Part shown: piece after piece, positions 28,041 to 38,328 of the stretch | Layout of the letters: every line of letters starts with the position of its first letter | How positions within the stretch are numbered: position 1 is the stretch's first letter | DNA from: Candidatus Ornithoclostridium faecavium | GTDB lineage: Bacteria; Bacillota; Clostridia; Christensenellales; UBA3700 | Assembly: GCA_018714045.1 (NCBI GenBank) | Contig: DVNX01000114.1 | Location: 1 to 52,927, forward strand | Reading direction: 5' to 3' | Length of the DNA stretch: 52,927 nucleotides | Program-made: the position numbers and the translations under genes | Notes under the pieces: model-generated | Database searches by the model: none | What the model saw: only the letters and a program-made list of their open reading frames with translations | What the model was told of the DNA's origin: nothing

Positions 28041-28574
28041 TCATTCAGACCGTTGTATCTCCTCTACGGTCGCTTCTCTTACGAATCCGCAGTACGGGCA
28101 TCTTACCTTCCCGTCAGCATATTCCATTATCGCGTTGCAGGAAGGACACTTTCCGACGTATACCCTTTCCTTTGGTCTCTCCTTTTTGCTCGCGTAGACG
28201 AGAGTCTCTCCGTCGAATGCGTAACCCGCAAGATATCTCTTTTCTATAAGCTTGCGTATATCTGCGACTATCTTGTTCTTGGGTTTGCCGAACTGCGCGA
28301 CGAGAGCGTCGACCGTCACCGTGCCTTCGCATTCTATCGCGCCGACGAGAGCGGCGCGGAATTTCGCCTCTCCGTACATTACCCAACCCAGAGGACAGCC
28401 GTAAAAACCGAGTACCGTAAAAGCAATGCCTGCGCCCAGCAATACGCCTATCTTGTTGGTCGCGCCGAGCACGATCATAGGTACGCCGCCAACGAGCATT
28501 ACCGAAAGAACGATAGCTATCCAGAAATTCTTGTTTGCGCCTTTAGCGGCGTTTCTTATATTCTTATCTTCCAT
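28041..28574 (-). CDS. Two-TM protein with a PCI-like winged helix and a C-terminal zinc ribbon
   Basis: Two hydrophobic helices, DIRKLIEKRYLAG, CPSC...CPYCG. Start placed at MEDKN to avoid overlapping the upstream gene. Confidence 0.75.
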   Translation of the reverse strand: MEDKNIRNAAKGANKNFWIAIVLSVMLVGGVPMIVLGATNKIGVLLGAGIAFTVLGFYGCPLGWVMYGEAKFRAALVGAIECEGTVTVDALVAQFGKPKNKIVADIRKLIEKRYLAGYAFDGETLVYASKKERPKERVYVGKCPSCNAIMEYADGKVRCPYCGFVREATVEEIQRSE

Positions 28575-28585
28575 ATACAATGCGG

Positions 28586-29110
28586 TCAGGACAAATAGAC
28601 CGCTATCTCCTCCATAGCTTTTCTGCGGCGCGGCGGCTGTTCGCACGCGGGATATCCCAGCGAAATTATAAGTTTCGTCTTTTCTCCGACGGCAGTATTC
28701 AGAAGTTTGTCTACCGCTTTCGTCTTCACCCAGCCGATGATACAGGTGCCCAGTCCCAGTTCAGCCGCTTTAAGACAAAAACTCTGAACGGCTATGCCCA
28801 GATCTATCGACGAAAAATCCTGGTGCTTTATCTTGTCGGCAAACTTATCCACTATCCTCGGTTTTACCGTGACCGCAATAAGCACGGGCGCTTCGTCAGT
28901 AAACGCGTTCGCACCGAAAAGCTGAGTTTCCTTAGCGATCGCCGCTTTAAGGTCTCCCCTCGTCACATAGAACTTCCACGGCTGTTTATTGAGCGCGGAA
29001 GGCGCCAGTCTCGCGCATTCGAGGCACTGCTCGATAAGCCCGTTCCCGACTTCCTTATCCTGATATTTCCTGCAACTGAATCTGCTTTCGCACGCTTCGC
29101 TTACGCCCAT
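28586..29110 (-). CDS. Nitroreductase family protein
   Basis: RFSCRKY, APSALNKQPW, DLGIA, GLGTCIIG, LGYP. Start inferred from RBS spacing. Confidence 0.93.
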   Translation of the reverse strand: MGVSEACESRFSCRKYQDKEVGNGLIEQCLECARLAPSALNKQPWKFYVTRGDLKAAIAKETQLFGANAFTDEAPVLIAVTVKPRIVDKFADKIKHQDFSSIDLGIAVQSFCLKAAELGLGTCIIGWVKTKAVDKLLNTAVGEKTKLIISLGYPACEQPPRRRKAMEEIAVYLS

Positions 29111-29633
29111 ACTCATCCCCGCAAGATAATATATTCTTATTTTAATTATAATAGCGCGCACGGACTTTGTCAATACGGCTTTTCCCCGTCAGTCGTCACA
29201 TTTTCAGATCGCGAATACGACGCAAAGTCATTCCGTCTTTGATTGTTATGCGGCAAGATTATGCGGATATCGCTATTTTTCTTCAGAAACGCGTCTGCTT
29301 TAAAACAGACAATATGCCGCATTTTTTACCCTTGCCGCACCTCATAAAATACAGACGTCGCGCACTCACCCTCGTCGCGCACTCACCCTATTTATTGCTT
29401 TTGACCTGTGCGGCAACCCGTACATCGTACATATAGTTTATAATACTACATTTTTAAGAAAAATGTACTAAAAAATTATTTTTAGTGAGCGTTTGTATAT
29501 GAAAACATATCGATTTACGGCGTTTTATACGATTTATAAGCTTTTTTGCGCTTTATAATACGGTTTTACATTCGTATCAGCAACTCGATTTCGTTTGACA
29601 GTATATATTTTTAATGCTAAATTTATAAACATA

Positions 29634-31028
29634 ATGGTCAAAAATATGTATAAAACGGTTTCAAAACCCGTAATAAAGCAATTATTCAGTTCCGACCTTT
29701 CGATGATGACGCAGGTCGTGGTCGCTACGTTGGCTTTTATTTTCAACTGCGTTCCTCTGACGATAATATTCTTCTCTTTTTATCTCTCTCTCCTGCTTTT
29801 GCTGAGCGACGATATAACTCCCGCAATACTCCCCGTATGCCTTCTTTCAATGTCGCTGACCGGGCAATACGGAAGCAAGCCCGAAGACTACTTTCCTTAT
29901 ATTCCGTGCGTAGTCGTGCTTATAATCTGCGCCGTACTTCATTTCGTATTTTATCCGCCCGTATTCAGGCGCGGAAAAATGCTGTTTCCTTCGATAGCGG
30001 TAGCGGCGGCTCTTATGACGGGAGGACTTTTCACCATAAGCGCAAAGGACTATTTCGCGCCCGTCACTCTTTACTATACTCTCACTCTCGGCGTCGGAAT
30101 GACGGCGGCATGCCTTATAATTTATTCATATACCCGCCCTTCGGTTCCGCTGAAAGTACAGCTTTCCTCTCAGATGAGTTACTTTACGCTCGCAGCCGTG
30201 CTCATTCTGTTTTCAATGATACTGCCCTTTATAGCGAAAGGTAAATTCAACTGGTATTTCAGCTGGAAAAACACGCTGACTACGTTTTTGCTGCTGTCGG
30301 CTCCCTTCCCTTTTTATGTCGCGGCTAAAGAAGGCTTCGGGATAAAGGCGTGGGCGCATTTCTTGCTGGGTTGTACGGGTTACGGCGCGGCGATACTGTC
30401 TTTTTCTCGCGGAGGCATGCTGTTCGGCGGCATAGCACTTTGCGTATGCGTCGTCGCGTGCTGCATACTTTGCGAAAAACGAAACAGGATAGTTTACATA
30501 ACCGTTGCCGTTCTGGGCGCAACGGCAGCGATCGCTCTGGCTTTTTCGAGCGGTCTTATAAAATCTTTGCTGTCAGAAATGCACGTTTCGTCAAACGAAA
30601 CAAGGGTAAAACTTTGGAAAGAAGCGGTGAGCAATTTTCTTAAAAACCCGATTTTCGGCGCGGGCGTAGGTTTCCGCGGTCAGTATTTCAACCCGCAGAC
30701 GGGCAATATGTACTGGTACCACAGCACTCCGTTTCAGATAATAGGAACGGCGGGGCTTATCGGCGTAGCGGCATACGGCTATATGTACATTGTCAAATTA
30801 AAGATCGTATTCAGCGACAAAACGCTTTTCAACGTGTTTTTCGCCATTGCGTTTTTAGGATTCGAAGCATACCAGCTGGTGGACGCGGGCAATTTCGTAC
30901 CAATACCCTTCGTCTTGCTGGTGACTCACATGTTTATAATCGCGGAAAGCGTTTCCGGGTCGCCGTCCGAGGAAGAACGCATCCCGTCGTTAAAGGAGAA
31001 AAAAATTGAAAACCCGCAATTACGTTAA
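29634..31028 (+). CDS. O-antigen ligase (Wzy_C) family membrane protein
   Basis: SFSRGG, RVKLWKEAV, NPIFGAG, HSTPFQ. The TTG start in the ORF track is more likely part of the -35 box (TTGACA-17-TAAATT). Confidence 0.85.
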   Translation: MVKNMYKTVSKPVIKQLFSSDLSMMTQVVVATLAFIFNCVPLTIIFFSFYLSLLLLLSDDITPAILPVCLLSMSLTGQYGSKPEDYFPYIPCVVVLIICAVLHFVFYPPVFRRGKMLFPSIAVAAALMTGGLFTISAKDYFAPVTLYYTLTLGVGMTAACLIIYSYTRPSVPLKVQLSSQMSYFTLAAVLILFSMILPFIAKGKFNWYFSWKNTLTTFLLLSAPFPFYVAAKEGFGIKAWAHFLLGCTGYGAAILSFSRGGMLFGGIALCVCVVACCILCEKRNRIVYITVAVLGATAAIALAFSSGLIKSLLSEMHVSSNETRVKLWKEAVSNFLKNPIFGAGVGFRGQYFNPQTGNMYWYHSTPFQIIGTAGLIGVAAYGYMYIVKLKIVFSDKTLFNVFFAIAFLGFEAYQLVDAGNFVPIPFVLLVTHMFIIAESVSGSPSEEERIPSLKEKKIENPQLR

Positions 31029-31854
31029 ACTGAAGCAACTCGCTCCCGTCCAGCGCAGACAGGTACTTTTCCTTGCCGCGCTGTACGGCGTCATGAGCCT
31101 GATATCCGTCGTCATGCTGATATACTACAACTGCATCGGGGATCCGTACAAACGCACGGCGAACTGCGTGAATACCGCTGTTGCCGTATGGTTTCCTTTT
31201 ATCGCGGAAAGGTTGCTTAAGCACCGCTTTTCTTTTTTCCAGCATATGGTATACGCATTCATAATGCTGACGTCGTGCATGATCGGATCGGTATTTTACG
31301 TATTCGAGTTGTGGGCTCCGTACGATAAGCTTGCGCACGGTACAAGCGGCTACCTTTTGATGATATTCATCATGGGCATACTGGCGTACTTTATAAAAGA
31401 TTTCGAAAAAATTAACGCACCCGTGTTGATAATGATAATGTTTGCATTCAGTCTGGGCACAGCCTGCGCGTGGGAAGTCATAGAATTTCTGTTCGACTGG
31501 CTTCTTGGTCAGAACGGTCAGGGTTACGTCTCAGACGAAGTGTTGAAGAAGATAGCAGAGCAAGGTTATACGGGCATACGCGCCAACTGGGAAAAGCTTA
31601 AATACGTGGGGGTACTGGATACCGACACGGATATGGCAGTCCATACCGCGGGCTCTCTCGTCTTCTCTCTTCATTTCCTTCTCCACAGGCTGACGGGACG
31701 CAACCTTCTTATGGGAACGCTCATCAAAGACGCGCCCGCAACTGAAATGAATACCCCGTTTCAGACTCAGACAGATAAGTCGGACAATGAAAATTCCCTC
31801 GGTAAAGTTTCCGACGATACGCTTTCAGAAGCGAAAGAAAACAAGGCTGAATAA
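31006..31854 (+). CDS. Integral membrane protein (DUF2238/VanZ-like)
   Basis: YDKLAHG, WEVIEF and DTDTDM motifs, multiple TM segments. Confidence 0.75.
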   Translation: MKTRNYVKLKQLAPVQRRQVLFLAALYGVMSLISVVMLIYYNCIGDPYKRTANCVNTAVAVWFPFIAERLLKHRFSFFQHMVYAFIMLTSCMIGSVFYVFELWAPYDKLAHGTSGYLLMIFIMGILAYFIKDFEKINAPVLIMIMFAFSLGTACAWEVIEFLFDWLLGQNGQGYVSDEVLKKIAEQGYTGIRANWEKLKYVGVLDTDTDMAVHTAGSLVFSLHFLLHRLTGRNLLMGTLIKDAPATEMNTPFQTQTDKSDNENSLGKVSDDTLSEAKENKAE

Positions 31855-32084
31855 ACAAAATATATATCCCGTCACGTAGTGATAAAAACACGACTTTTAA
31901 AAGCGAAAGCATCCTTTCGCTTTTATATTAGTAATTGACCGACGCGCCGATAAATTATTCGTAAAGATTGCGGGATTAAAGCAAAAATCAGCCCGCGACC
32001 CGCTTTTTACATAAATTTATCTGAAATATACATAAGCATATCGACTTTAATCTGAAATTTTGCTTGTTTTATCGTTAAAATATG

Positions 32085-32113
32085 TTGACAACGCAGTAAA
32101 ACGGTGATAGATT
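32085..32113 (+). promoter_or_regulatory. SigA promoter with no downstream CDS
   Basis: TTGACA-17-TAGATT with extended TG. Confidence 0.7.
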
Positions 32114-32119
32114 ATATAC

Positions 32120-32258
32120 GTATCGGTACTGTTTATGCATAAAACGGATAAAACCGTAAACATGCCTGACGTATCCGACATCTTTCTCTCTTCGGCTTTA
32201 TGCCGAGCTTCCACAAACCGTCCCTCTCCTCCCAGAGGGGCGGCTTTTGTATCGATAC
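32120..32258 (+). ncRNA. Candidate structured sRNA
   Basis: Promoter directly upstream. 5' GTATCGGTAC can pair with 3' GTATCGATAC. Internal hairpins are present, and a terminator-like stem carries a CCTCCC loop. Confidence 0.5.
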
Positions 32259-32261
32259 CGT

Positions 32262-32353
32262 GTTATTGGCGCGGGAAGCGTGGTCACTAAGGATGTACCG
32301 TCGGGCGTTATCGCGGCGGAAAATCCGTTCTTAGCATCCGTCCGATTACTGCG
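32262..32353 (+). pseudogene. Inverted fragment of the sugar O-acetyltransferase 3' end
   Basis: Encodes VIGAGSVVTKDVPSGVIAAENP; clearly homologous at the DNA level to 38544-38636 (minus strand). Confidence 0.8.
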
Positions 32354-32484
32354 ACATGAATAATGACGAACGCTGCGGCAGGCTGAGGTTTTCAGGTCTT
32401 CTCAATGAGCGTACATACCGCGGTTTTTCTTTGCCCTGCCGCTAAGCGGCTGTCGGCGTTTCATTTAAGCGAGCCATTTCAAAT

Positions 32485-32518
32485 AAAAAAACGGCGGCAA
32501 TTGCCGCCGTGATTTTTT
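32485..32518 (-). terminator. Terminator of the ABC exporter operon
   Basis: Perfect palindrome ACGGCGGCAATTGCCGCCGT flanked by A and T runs. Confidence 0.85.
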
Positions 32519-32530
32519 GCGTTGTCCGAC

Positions 32531-34462
32531 TTATTCGAGTTCGAACGCGCCGGTGTACAGCTGATAATAAACGCCCTTCTGCGCGATGAGCTGATCGTGC
32601 GATCCGCGCTCTATTATCCTGCCGTGATCGAGAACCATTATCGCGTCCGAGTTCTGTATCGTCGAAAGTCTGTGCGCTATAACGAAAACGGTTCTGCCTT
32701 CCATAAGATGATCCATACCCTGCTGCACTAGAGCCTCGGTACGGGTATCTATCGAAGAGGTCGCCTCGTCGAGTATAAGCACGGGGGCATTGGCTACCGC
32801 CGCGCGCGCTATCGAGAGAAGCTGTTTCTGCCCCTGCGACAGGTTCGCGCCGTCGCCCGTAAGCATCGTGTTGTATCCTTCGGGGAGACGGGTTATGAAG
32901 TCGTGCGCGTTGGCAAGTTTAGCCGCCGCAACGCATTCGTCGTCCGAAGCGTCGAGTTTGCCGTAACGGATATTGTCCATTATCGTACCAGTAAACAGGT
33001 TGGTATCCTGCAAGACCATGCCCAGGGAGCGGCGGAGATCGGCTTTCTTTATCTTATTGATATTTATGCCGTCGTATCTTATCTTGCCGTCAGCAATGTC
33101 GTAGAAGCGGTTGATAAGGTTGGTTATCGTCGTCTTGCCCGCGCCCGTCGCGCCTACGAAAGCTATCTTCTGACCGGGTTTAGCGTACAGAGATACGTCG
33201 TGCAGGACTATCTTTTCGGGCACGTATCCGAAATCTACGTCAAAGAGCTGTATGTCGCCTTTGAGTTCCTGGTAGGTGACCGATCCGTCCGCCTTATGAG
33301 GATGTCTCCACGCCCACTTGCCCGTACGGGTAGCGCTTTCGCGGATATTGCCCTTTTCGTCTATCTCAGCGTTCACGAGGGTGACGTAACCGTCGTCGGT
33401 CTCAGGCTCCTGGTCGAGAAGCTCGAATATACGTTTAGCGCCCGCGGTACCCATGACGACTGAGTTGACCTGCATCGAAAGCTGACCTATATTGATCGTA
33501 AACTGACGGCTCATATTCAGGAACGCGACTATAGCGCCCATCTTGATGGCTTCCGCTTCGAGTCCCCGGAAGGACAGATTGTGCACTCCTCCGAGTACGA
33601 GCAGACCGCCTACGATAGCTACAAGCACGTAAAGCACGTGTCCTATATTGTTTATCGTCGGCATCAGCACGTTTGCGAATTTGTTAGCGCTTTCGCTGTC
33701 TTTGAAGAGTTGTTCGTTTATCTTGTCAAAGTCGCGCTTTGACTGCTCTTCGTGGCAGAATACCTTGATGACCTTCTGACCGTTCATCATTTCTTCGACA
33801 AAGCCTTCGGTCTTACCCATGGAGCGCTGCTGACGCACGAAGTATTTCGCACTCTTGCCGCCTACCGCTTTGGTCACGAAAAGCATTGACATACAACCGA
33901 GGATCACGACGAGGAAGAGCCATATACTGGAGTTCATCATGCTGAACACGAGGGTTATCAGCGCTACCGCCGAATAGAACATCTGCGGCATACTCTGCGA
34001 TACGAGCTGTCTCAACGCATCGATATCGTTGGTGTAGGTACTCATTATGTCGCCGTGCGTGTTCGTATCGAAATAGCGTATCGGCAGAGACTGCATCTTA
34101 TTGAACATTTCAAGTCTCATATGTTTCAAAAAGCCCTGAGTGACGTACGCCATTATGCGGTTATAGGTGAACGAACATATCACGCCCAGCGAAAATACTC
34201 CCGCCATGATGAGTCCGATGGTGAGCATCGTTTCTTTTACCGCGTCCCAGCCGAGTTCGAGACCGGGGGTAACCACTTCGTCAATGATAACTTCGAGGAA
34301 GATAGACGAGCTGATCGCGGCAACCGCGTTTATCGCGATACATACGGCGACGATCGCAAGTTCCCACTTGTAAAATCCGAACATGTACTTGAGGAGCCTG
34401 CCGAGGATCGACAGCGTACCGCCTTTCTTTTCGTTTTTAGCCGTATTATTCATGATCCTCAC
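32531..34462 (-). CDS. ABC multidrug-type exporter, fused TMD-NBD (consensus site)
   Basis: GATGAGKT, LSQGQKQ, ILDEATSS, IAHR. Confidence 0.95.
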   Translation of the reverse strand: MRIMNNTAKNEKKGGTLSILGRLLKYMFGFYKWELAIVAVCIAINAVAAISSSIFLEVIIDEVVTPGLELGWDAVKETMLTIGLIMAGVFSLGVICSFTYNRIMAYVTQGFLKHMRLEMFNKMQSLPIRYFDTNTHGDIMSTYTNDIDALRQLVSQSMPQMFYSAVALITLVFSMMNSSIWLFLVVILGCMSMLFVTKAVGGKSAKYFVRQQRSMGKTEGFVEEMMNGQKVIKVFCHEEQSKRDFDKINEQLFKDSESANKFANVLMPTINNIGHVLYVLVAIVGGLLVLGGVHNLSFRGLEAEAIKMGAIVAFLNMSRQFTINIGQLSMQVNSVVMGTAGAKRIFELLDQEPETDDGYVTLVNAEIDEKGNIRESATRTGKWAWRHPHKADGSVTYQELKGDIQLFDVDFGYVPEKIVLHDVSLYAKPGQKIAFVGATGAGKTTITNLINRFYDIADGKIRYDGININKIKKADLRRSLGMVLQDTNLFTGTIMDNIRYGKLDASDDECVAAAKLANAHDFITRLPEGYNTMLTGDGANLSQGQKQLLSIARAAVANAPVLILDEATSSIDTRTEALVQQGMDHLMEGRTVFVIAHRLSTIQNSDAIMVLDHGRIIERGSHDQLIAQKGVYYQLYTGAFELE

Positions 34463-36209
34463 CTCCCTTTACCGCATCGGCGTTGCCGATCTTGTTCTGC
34501 GAATAGTAGACCTCCTGGTAGACGGGGTTTCTCGCGAGAAGCTCTTCGTGCGTGCCGACGTCGCTTACCGTGCCGTTCTTCATAAGGATTATCTGGTCGG
34601 ATTCCATTACCGACGAAACTCTTTGCGCGATTATGAACTTGGTCGTATCGGGTATTTCTTCCCTGAACGCCTTTCTTATCAGAGCGTCCGTCTTTGTGTC
34701 GACCGCGCTGGTCGAGTCGTCGAGGATAAGTATCTTGGGCTTTTTGAGAAGCGCGCGGGCTATACAAAGCCTCTGCTTCTGTCCGCCCGAAACGTTGGTG
34801 CCGCCCTGTTCGATATAAGTATCGTACTTATCGGGGAAGGACTGGATAAAGTCGTCCGCCTGAGCGAGTTTACACGCTCTGACAAGTTCTTCGTCCGTAG
34901 CGTCGGGATTGCCCCAGCGCAGGTTCTCCTTTATCGTGCCCGAAAAGAGCAGGTTTTTCTGAAGTACTACCGCGACCTGGTTTCTAAGCGTCTCGAGGTC
35001 GTAATCCTTTACGTTTACTCCGCCCACGTAGACCGCGCCTTCGCTTACGTCGTAAAGTCTGGGGATAAGGTTGACGAGAGAAGTCTTACTGCTTCCCGTT
35101 CCGCCCAGTATGCCTATCGTCTGTCCGCTCTTTATATCAAGGTTTACCTCTTTGAGCGCGCGGCGTTCAGCGTTTTCGTCGTATTTGAAGGACACGTTCT
35201 CGAACTTTACCGAACCGTCCTTTACCTCTGTCACGGGGTTTTCGGGGTTATGCAGCGTGCTTTCTTCTTTAATGACCTCTACGATACGTTCAGCCGAAGT
35301 ACGCGCTATAGAGAACATTACGAGCACCATCGACAGCATCATGAGGCTGGAAAGTATCTGAGCCGTGTATACGATAAGGCTTGAAAGTTTACTGCTTACG
35401 CCCACGTCGCCTTTAGTGATGCCCACCATCGGTCCCATAAAGCAGATGAACAGCGTCGCCGCCCAAAAACAGAACTGCATCAGCGGGTTGGAAAGCGCGA
35501 TAAGCTTTTCGCCGCGTACGAAGTCTTTCTTTACGTTTTCAGCCGTAGCCGCGAACTTGTTCTTTTCGTAATCCTCTCTTACGTAAGATTTAACGACCCT
35601 TATGCCTTTGATGTTTTCCTGTATCGATTCGTTCATCGCGTCGTATTTCTTGAATACCTTATCGAAGATAGGCCAGCTCTTTTTGAAAATAATGAACAGA
35701 CCTATACCGAGAACGGGTATGAGCACAAGGAACATGAGCGATACGGTGGGATCGATAAAGAATGCCATGACAAGCGAGAAAACAAGCATTATCGGGCTTC
35801 TGACCGCCACTCTTATCAGCATCATATAAGCGTTCTGCACGTTGGTGACGTCGGTAGTCATTCTGGTGACGAGGCTCGACGTAGAGAATTTGTCTATGTT
35901 TGCGAACGAGAAGTCCTGTATTCTGTAATACATATCCTCTCTCAGATTGCGCGCAAAACCTGCCGATGCGGTTGCCGAAAATTTACCCGCAAGCATACCG
36001 AACAGCAATGACAATGCCGCAAAAACAAGCAGAATCGCGCCCCATTTGATTATGTTGGAAAGCGAATTGTCCAACTGGATCCTGTCAAGCATCTCCGTCA
36101 TATAGAACGGAAGGATACATTCCAGCGCGACTTCGAACGTAACGCATACCGGTGACAAAACAGACGTCTTTTTGTACTGCCTGATGCTCTTTGCCAAAGT
36201 CTTTAACAT
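34446..36209 (-). CDS. ABC multidrug-type exporter, heterodimer partner (degenerate site)
   Basis: GGTGSSKT, VSGGQKQ, ILDDSTSA, IAQR. Confidence 0.95.
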   Translation of the reverse strand: MLKTLAKSIRQYKKTSVLSPVCVTFEVALECILPFYMTEMLDRIQLDNSLSNIIKWGAILLVFAALSLLFGMLAGKFSATASAGFARNLREDMYYRIQDFSFANIDKFSTSSLVTRMTTDVTNVQNAYMMLIRVAVRSPIMLVFSLVMAFFIDPTVSLMFLVLIPVLGIGLFIIFKKSWPIFDKVFKKYDAMNESIQENIKGIRVVKSYVREDYEKNKFAATAENVKKDFVRGEKLIALSNPLMQFCFWAATLFICFMGPMVGITKGDVGVSSKLSSLIVYTAQILSSLMMLSMVLVMFSIARTSAERIVEVIKEESTLHNPENPVTEVKDGSVKFENVSFKYDENAERRALKEVNLDIKSGQTIGILGGTGSSKTSLVNLIPRLYDVSEGAVYVGGVNVKDYDLETLRNQVAVVLQKNLLFSGTIKENLRWGNPDATDEELVRACKLAQADDFIQSFPDKYDTYIEQGGTNVSGGQKQRLCIARALLKKPKILILDDSTSAVDTKTDALIRKAFREEIPDTTKFIIAQRVSSVMESDQIILMKNGTVSDVGTHEELLARNPVYQEVYYSQNKIGNADAVKGGEDHE

Positions 36210-36219
36210 ATCTGTCTTT

Positions 36220-36669
36220 TCACTCCTTTTGAGCGGACTCTCCGCCCAGATTGTATTTGCATCTTTCTATGAAAGAATAAAAAGTGTCGAGTTCTTGCTG
36301 AGAAAACCCCTGCGTCAGCTGTGCTTCCGCTTCGTTGATAGCCTCTATGCTCCTTTCCATAAACTCGCGGGCAAGCGTGGTTGGGACTATCTTTTTGAGT
36401 CTGCGGTCTTTCTCGTATTCCACCCTTTCGATAAGTCCTCTGCTCTCCATCGTGTTGAGAAGCTGAGTCATCGTAGAACGGCGCACGCGGAATTCCGCTT
36501 CCAGATCTCTCTGAAATATCTCCTCGCCGTCGTGACGCGTAAAATAACCGAGCACCCAACCCTGCATACCGGTCATCTGCTCGTTCGTTCTCATAAATTC
36601 GGTATCGTCGATGCGCTGTTTCATCATACGCGCAAGCGTCTTTACCTCATACCCTAAAGGTCTTTTCAT
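36220..36669 (-). CDS. MarR family regulator
   Basis: QRDLEAEF...RSTMT..LNTMESRGLIER...DRRLK. Start at MKRPLG, downstream of the promoter. Confidence 0.92.
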   Translation of the reverse strand: MKRPLGYEVKTLARMMKQRIDDTEFMRTNEQMTGMQGWVLGYFTRHDGEEIFQRDLEAEFRVRRSTMTQLLNTMESRGLIERVEYEKDRRLKKIVPTTLAREFMERSIEAINEAEAQLTQGFSQQELDTFYSFIERCKYNLGGESAQKE

Positions 36670-36684
36670 ATTTCTCTCTTTATT

Positions 36685-36750
36685 TGTTAGGAATACTAAC
36701 ATTTTTGTTAGGTTTGCTAACATTATAAATGGAATAAAAATTATTGTCAA
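36685..36750 (-). promoter_or_regulatory. Consensus SigA promoter with two tandem MarR-type operators
   Basis: TTGACA-17-TATAAT (36750-36722); TGTTAG-N5-CTAACA at 36685-36701 and 36706-36722. Confidence 0.85.
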
Positions 36751-36821
36751 TACATTTTAAGCGCAAATTTAAAACATTTTATCGTCTAATTTTTAACAAT
36801 ACGCAAATCGCCTGTTCCGAC

Positions 36822-36852
36822 AAAAAAAAGAGACGCGATTGCGTCTCTTTTT
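36822..36852 (-). terminator. Terminator of the oadB operon
   Basis: AAAAAAAGAGACGC-GATT-GCGTCTCTTTTT. Confidence 0.85.
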
Positions 36853-36865
36853 TATCCGTGTAATT

Positions 36866-37117
36866 TTATTCTGTCTTATTCTCTCCATTCCCGCCGTCTT
36901 TGTCTGCTTTTGCCGCGATATCGGCTCTCTTCTTGTCTATCGCCGCGCGGGCTTTGTTGCACAACGTGTTTATGCCCCACGACACGAAAAGGATTATCGC
37001 TATCGTAAGGAAGATAGCCAGCGCGCCCTTCCACATTATTTCAAGCGATTTCAATACGTTATCTTTGTTCATCGGGTCGAGATTGACAGCTGCCGCAATT
37101 ATAAAATACATATTCAT
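36866..37117 (-). CDS. Small single-TM protein, OadG-like subunit
   Basis: One TM segment, directly downstream of the oadB-like gene, GGAGGTG RBS. Confidence 0.65.
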   Translation of the reverse strand: MNMYFIIAAAVNLDPMNKDNVLKSLEIMWKGALAIFLTIAIILFVSWGINTLCNKARAAIDKKRADIAAKADKDGGNGENKTE

Positions 37118-37130
37118 ATTTTCACCTCCG

Positions 37131-38261
37131 TCAAGCAAGAACGAGACCGATTATCAGTCCGCCCACTATTGCCGAAGCTATCTGCCCCGACACGTTCGCA
37201 CCTATCGCGTGCATAAGCAAATGGTTGGAAGGATCTTCTTTAAGACCCATCTTCTGTATGACGCGCGCCGACATCGGGAACGCCGATATACCCGCCGCGC
37301 CTATCATCGGGTTGATCTTCTTCTTGGAGAACAGGTTCATGAACTTAGCGAACATAACGCCCGCAACCGTGTCGAACACGAACGCGAGAAGTCCCAGGCA
37401 AAGGATTATCGCGGTCTCCCAGGTGACAAAGTTTTCAGCCTTCATCTGCGACGCTATCGTGATGCCGAGGAGAAGGGTTATGAGATTTGCAAGAATATTC
37501 TGTGCAGTCTCGCTCAAAAGTCTGAGCACGCCGCATTCTCTTAAAAGGTTACCGAACATCAGGAAGCCGACGAGCGCCAGCGACTTCGGAGCGATAAGAC
37601 CCGCGATGAGAGTGACTACTATCGGGAAAAGCACCTTTGTCGTATGAGAAACGGATACGGGATTGTAATCCATTCTTATAAGTCTTTCCTTCTTCGTCGT
37701 GCACATCTTTACGACCGCAGGCTGTATGATAGGCACGAGCGCCATATACGAGTACGCAACGACCGTTATAGGTCCGAGGAACTGACTGCCCAGCTTCATT
37801 GCAACAAGTATCGAGGTGGGGCCGTCCGCCGCGCCTATGATACCGATTGCCGACGCGTCGTTGATATTGAAGCCTATCATCGTAGCGAGAAGTATCGTAA
37901 GGAAGATACCGAACTGCGCCGCGCCTCCCAGCAGGAACAACCTGGGGTTTGAAAGCAAAGGTCCGAAGTCTATCATCGCGCCTATACCGATAAACAGAAG
38001 TATCGGCATAGCCTCGCTGACTTCGATACCTACCTCAAACATCCAGTCGATAATACCCGCCGTGACCGTTCCGTCAGCCGCAATTTCATTGACCACGTTT
38101 GAAAGCGGTATATTGACGAGTATAGCGCCGAAACCTATCGGAAGCAACAGCGCGGGTTCCATATCCTTCTTTATCGCAAGAAAGATAAGAAGTCCGCCGA
38201 TAAGCCACATGACCGCGTTCTGCCAGGTGACCTGTGATATAGATTCAATCAAAAAATCCAT
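37131..38261 (-). CDS. oadB: Na+-translocating decarboxylase beta subunit
   Basis: EPALLLPIGFG, IGIIGAADGPTSI, AYSYMALVP, AGISAFPMSAR, GANVSGQI. Confidence 0.92.
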   Translation of the reverse strand: MDFLIESISQVTWQNAVMWLIGGLLIFLAIKKDMEPALLLPIGFGAILVNIPLSNVVNEIAADGTVTAGIIDWMFEVGIEVSEAMPILLFIGIGAMIDFGPLLSNPRLFLLGGAAQFGIFLTILLATMIGFNINDASAIGIIGAADGPTSILVAMKLGSQFLGPITVVAYSYMALVPIIQPAVVKMCTTKKERLIRMDYNPVSVSHTTKVLFPIVVTLIAGLIAPKSLALVGFLMFGNLLRECGVLRLLSETAQNILANLITLLLGITIASQMKAENFVTWETAIILCLGLLAFVFDTVAGVMFAKFMNLFSKKKINPMIGAAGISAFPMSARVIQKMGLKEDPSNHLLMHAIGANVSGQIASAIVGGLIIGLVLA

Positions 38262-38287
38262 AGCAAACACTCCTTTAACTATTTATC

Positions 38288-38328
38288 AAAAAAACCGTAC
38301 CGAGCCGCTTTGAGCGGTCCGATACGGT
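38288..38328 (-). terminator. Leader terminator (riboswitch expression platform)
   Basis: ACCGTATCGGACCGC-TCAAA-GCGGCTCGGTACGG-TTTTTTT overlaps the 3' strand of aptamer P1. Confidence 0.8.
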
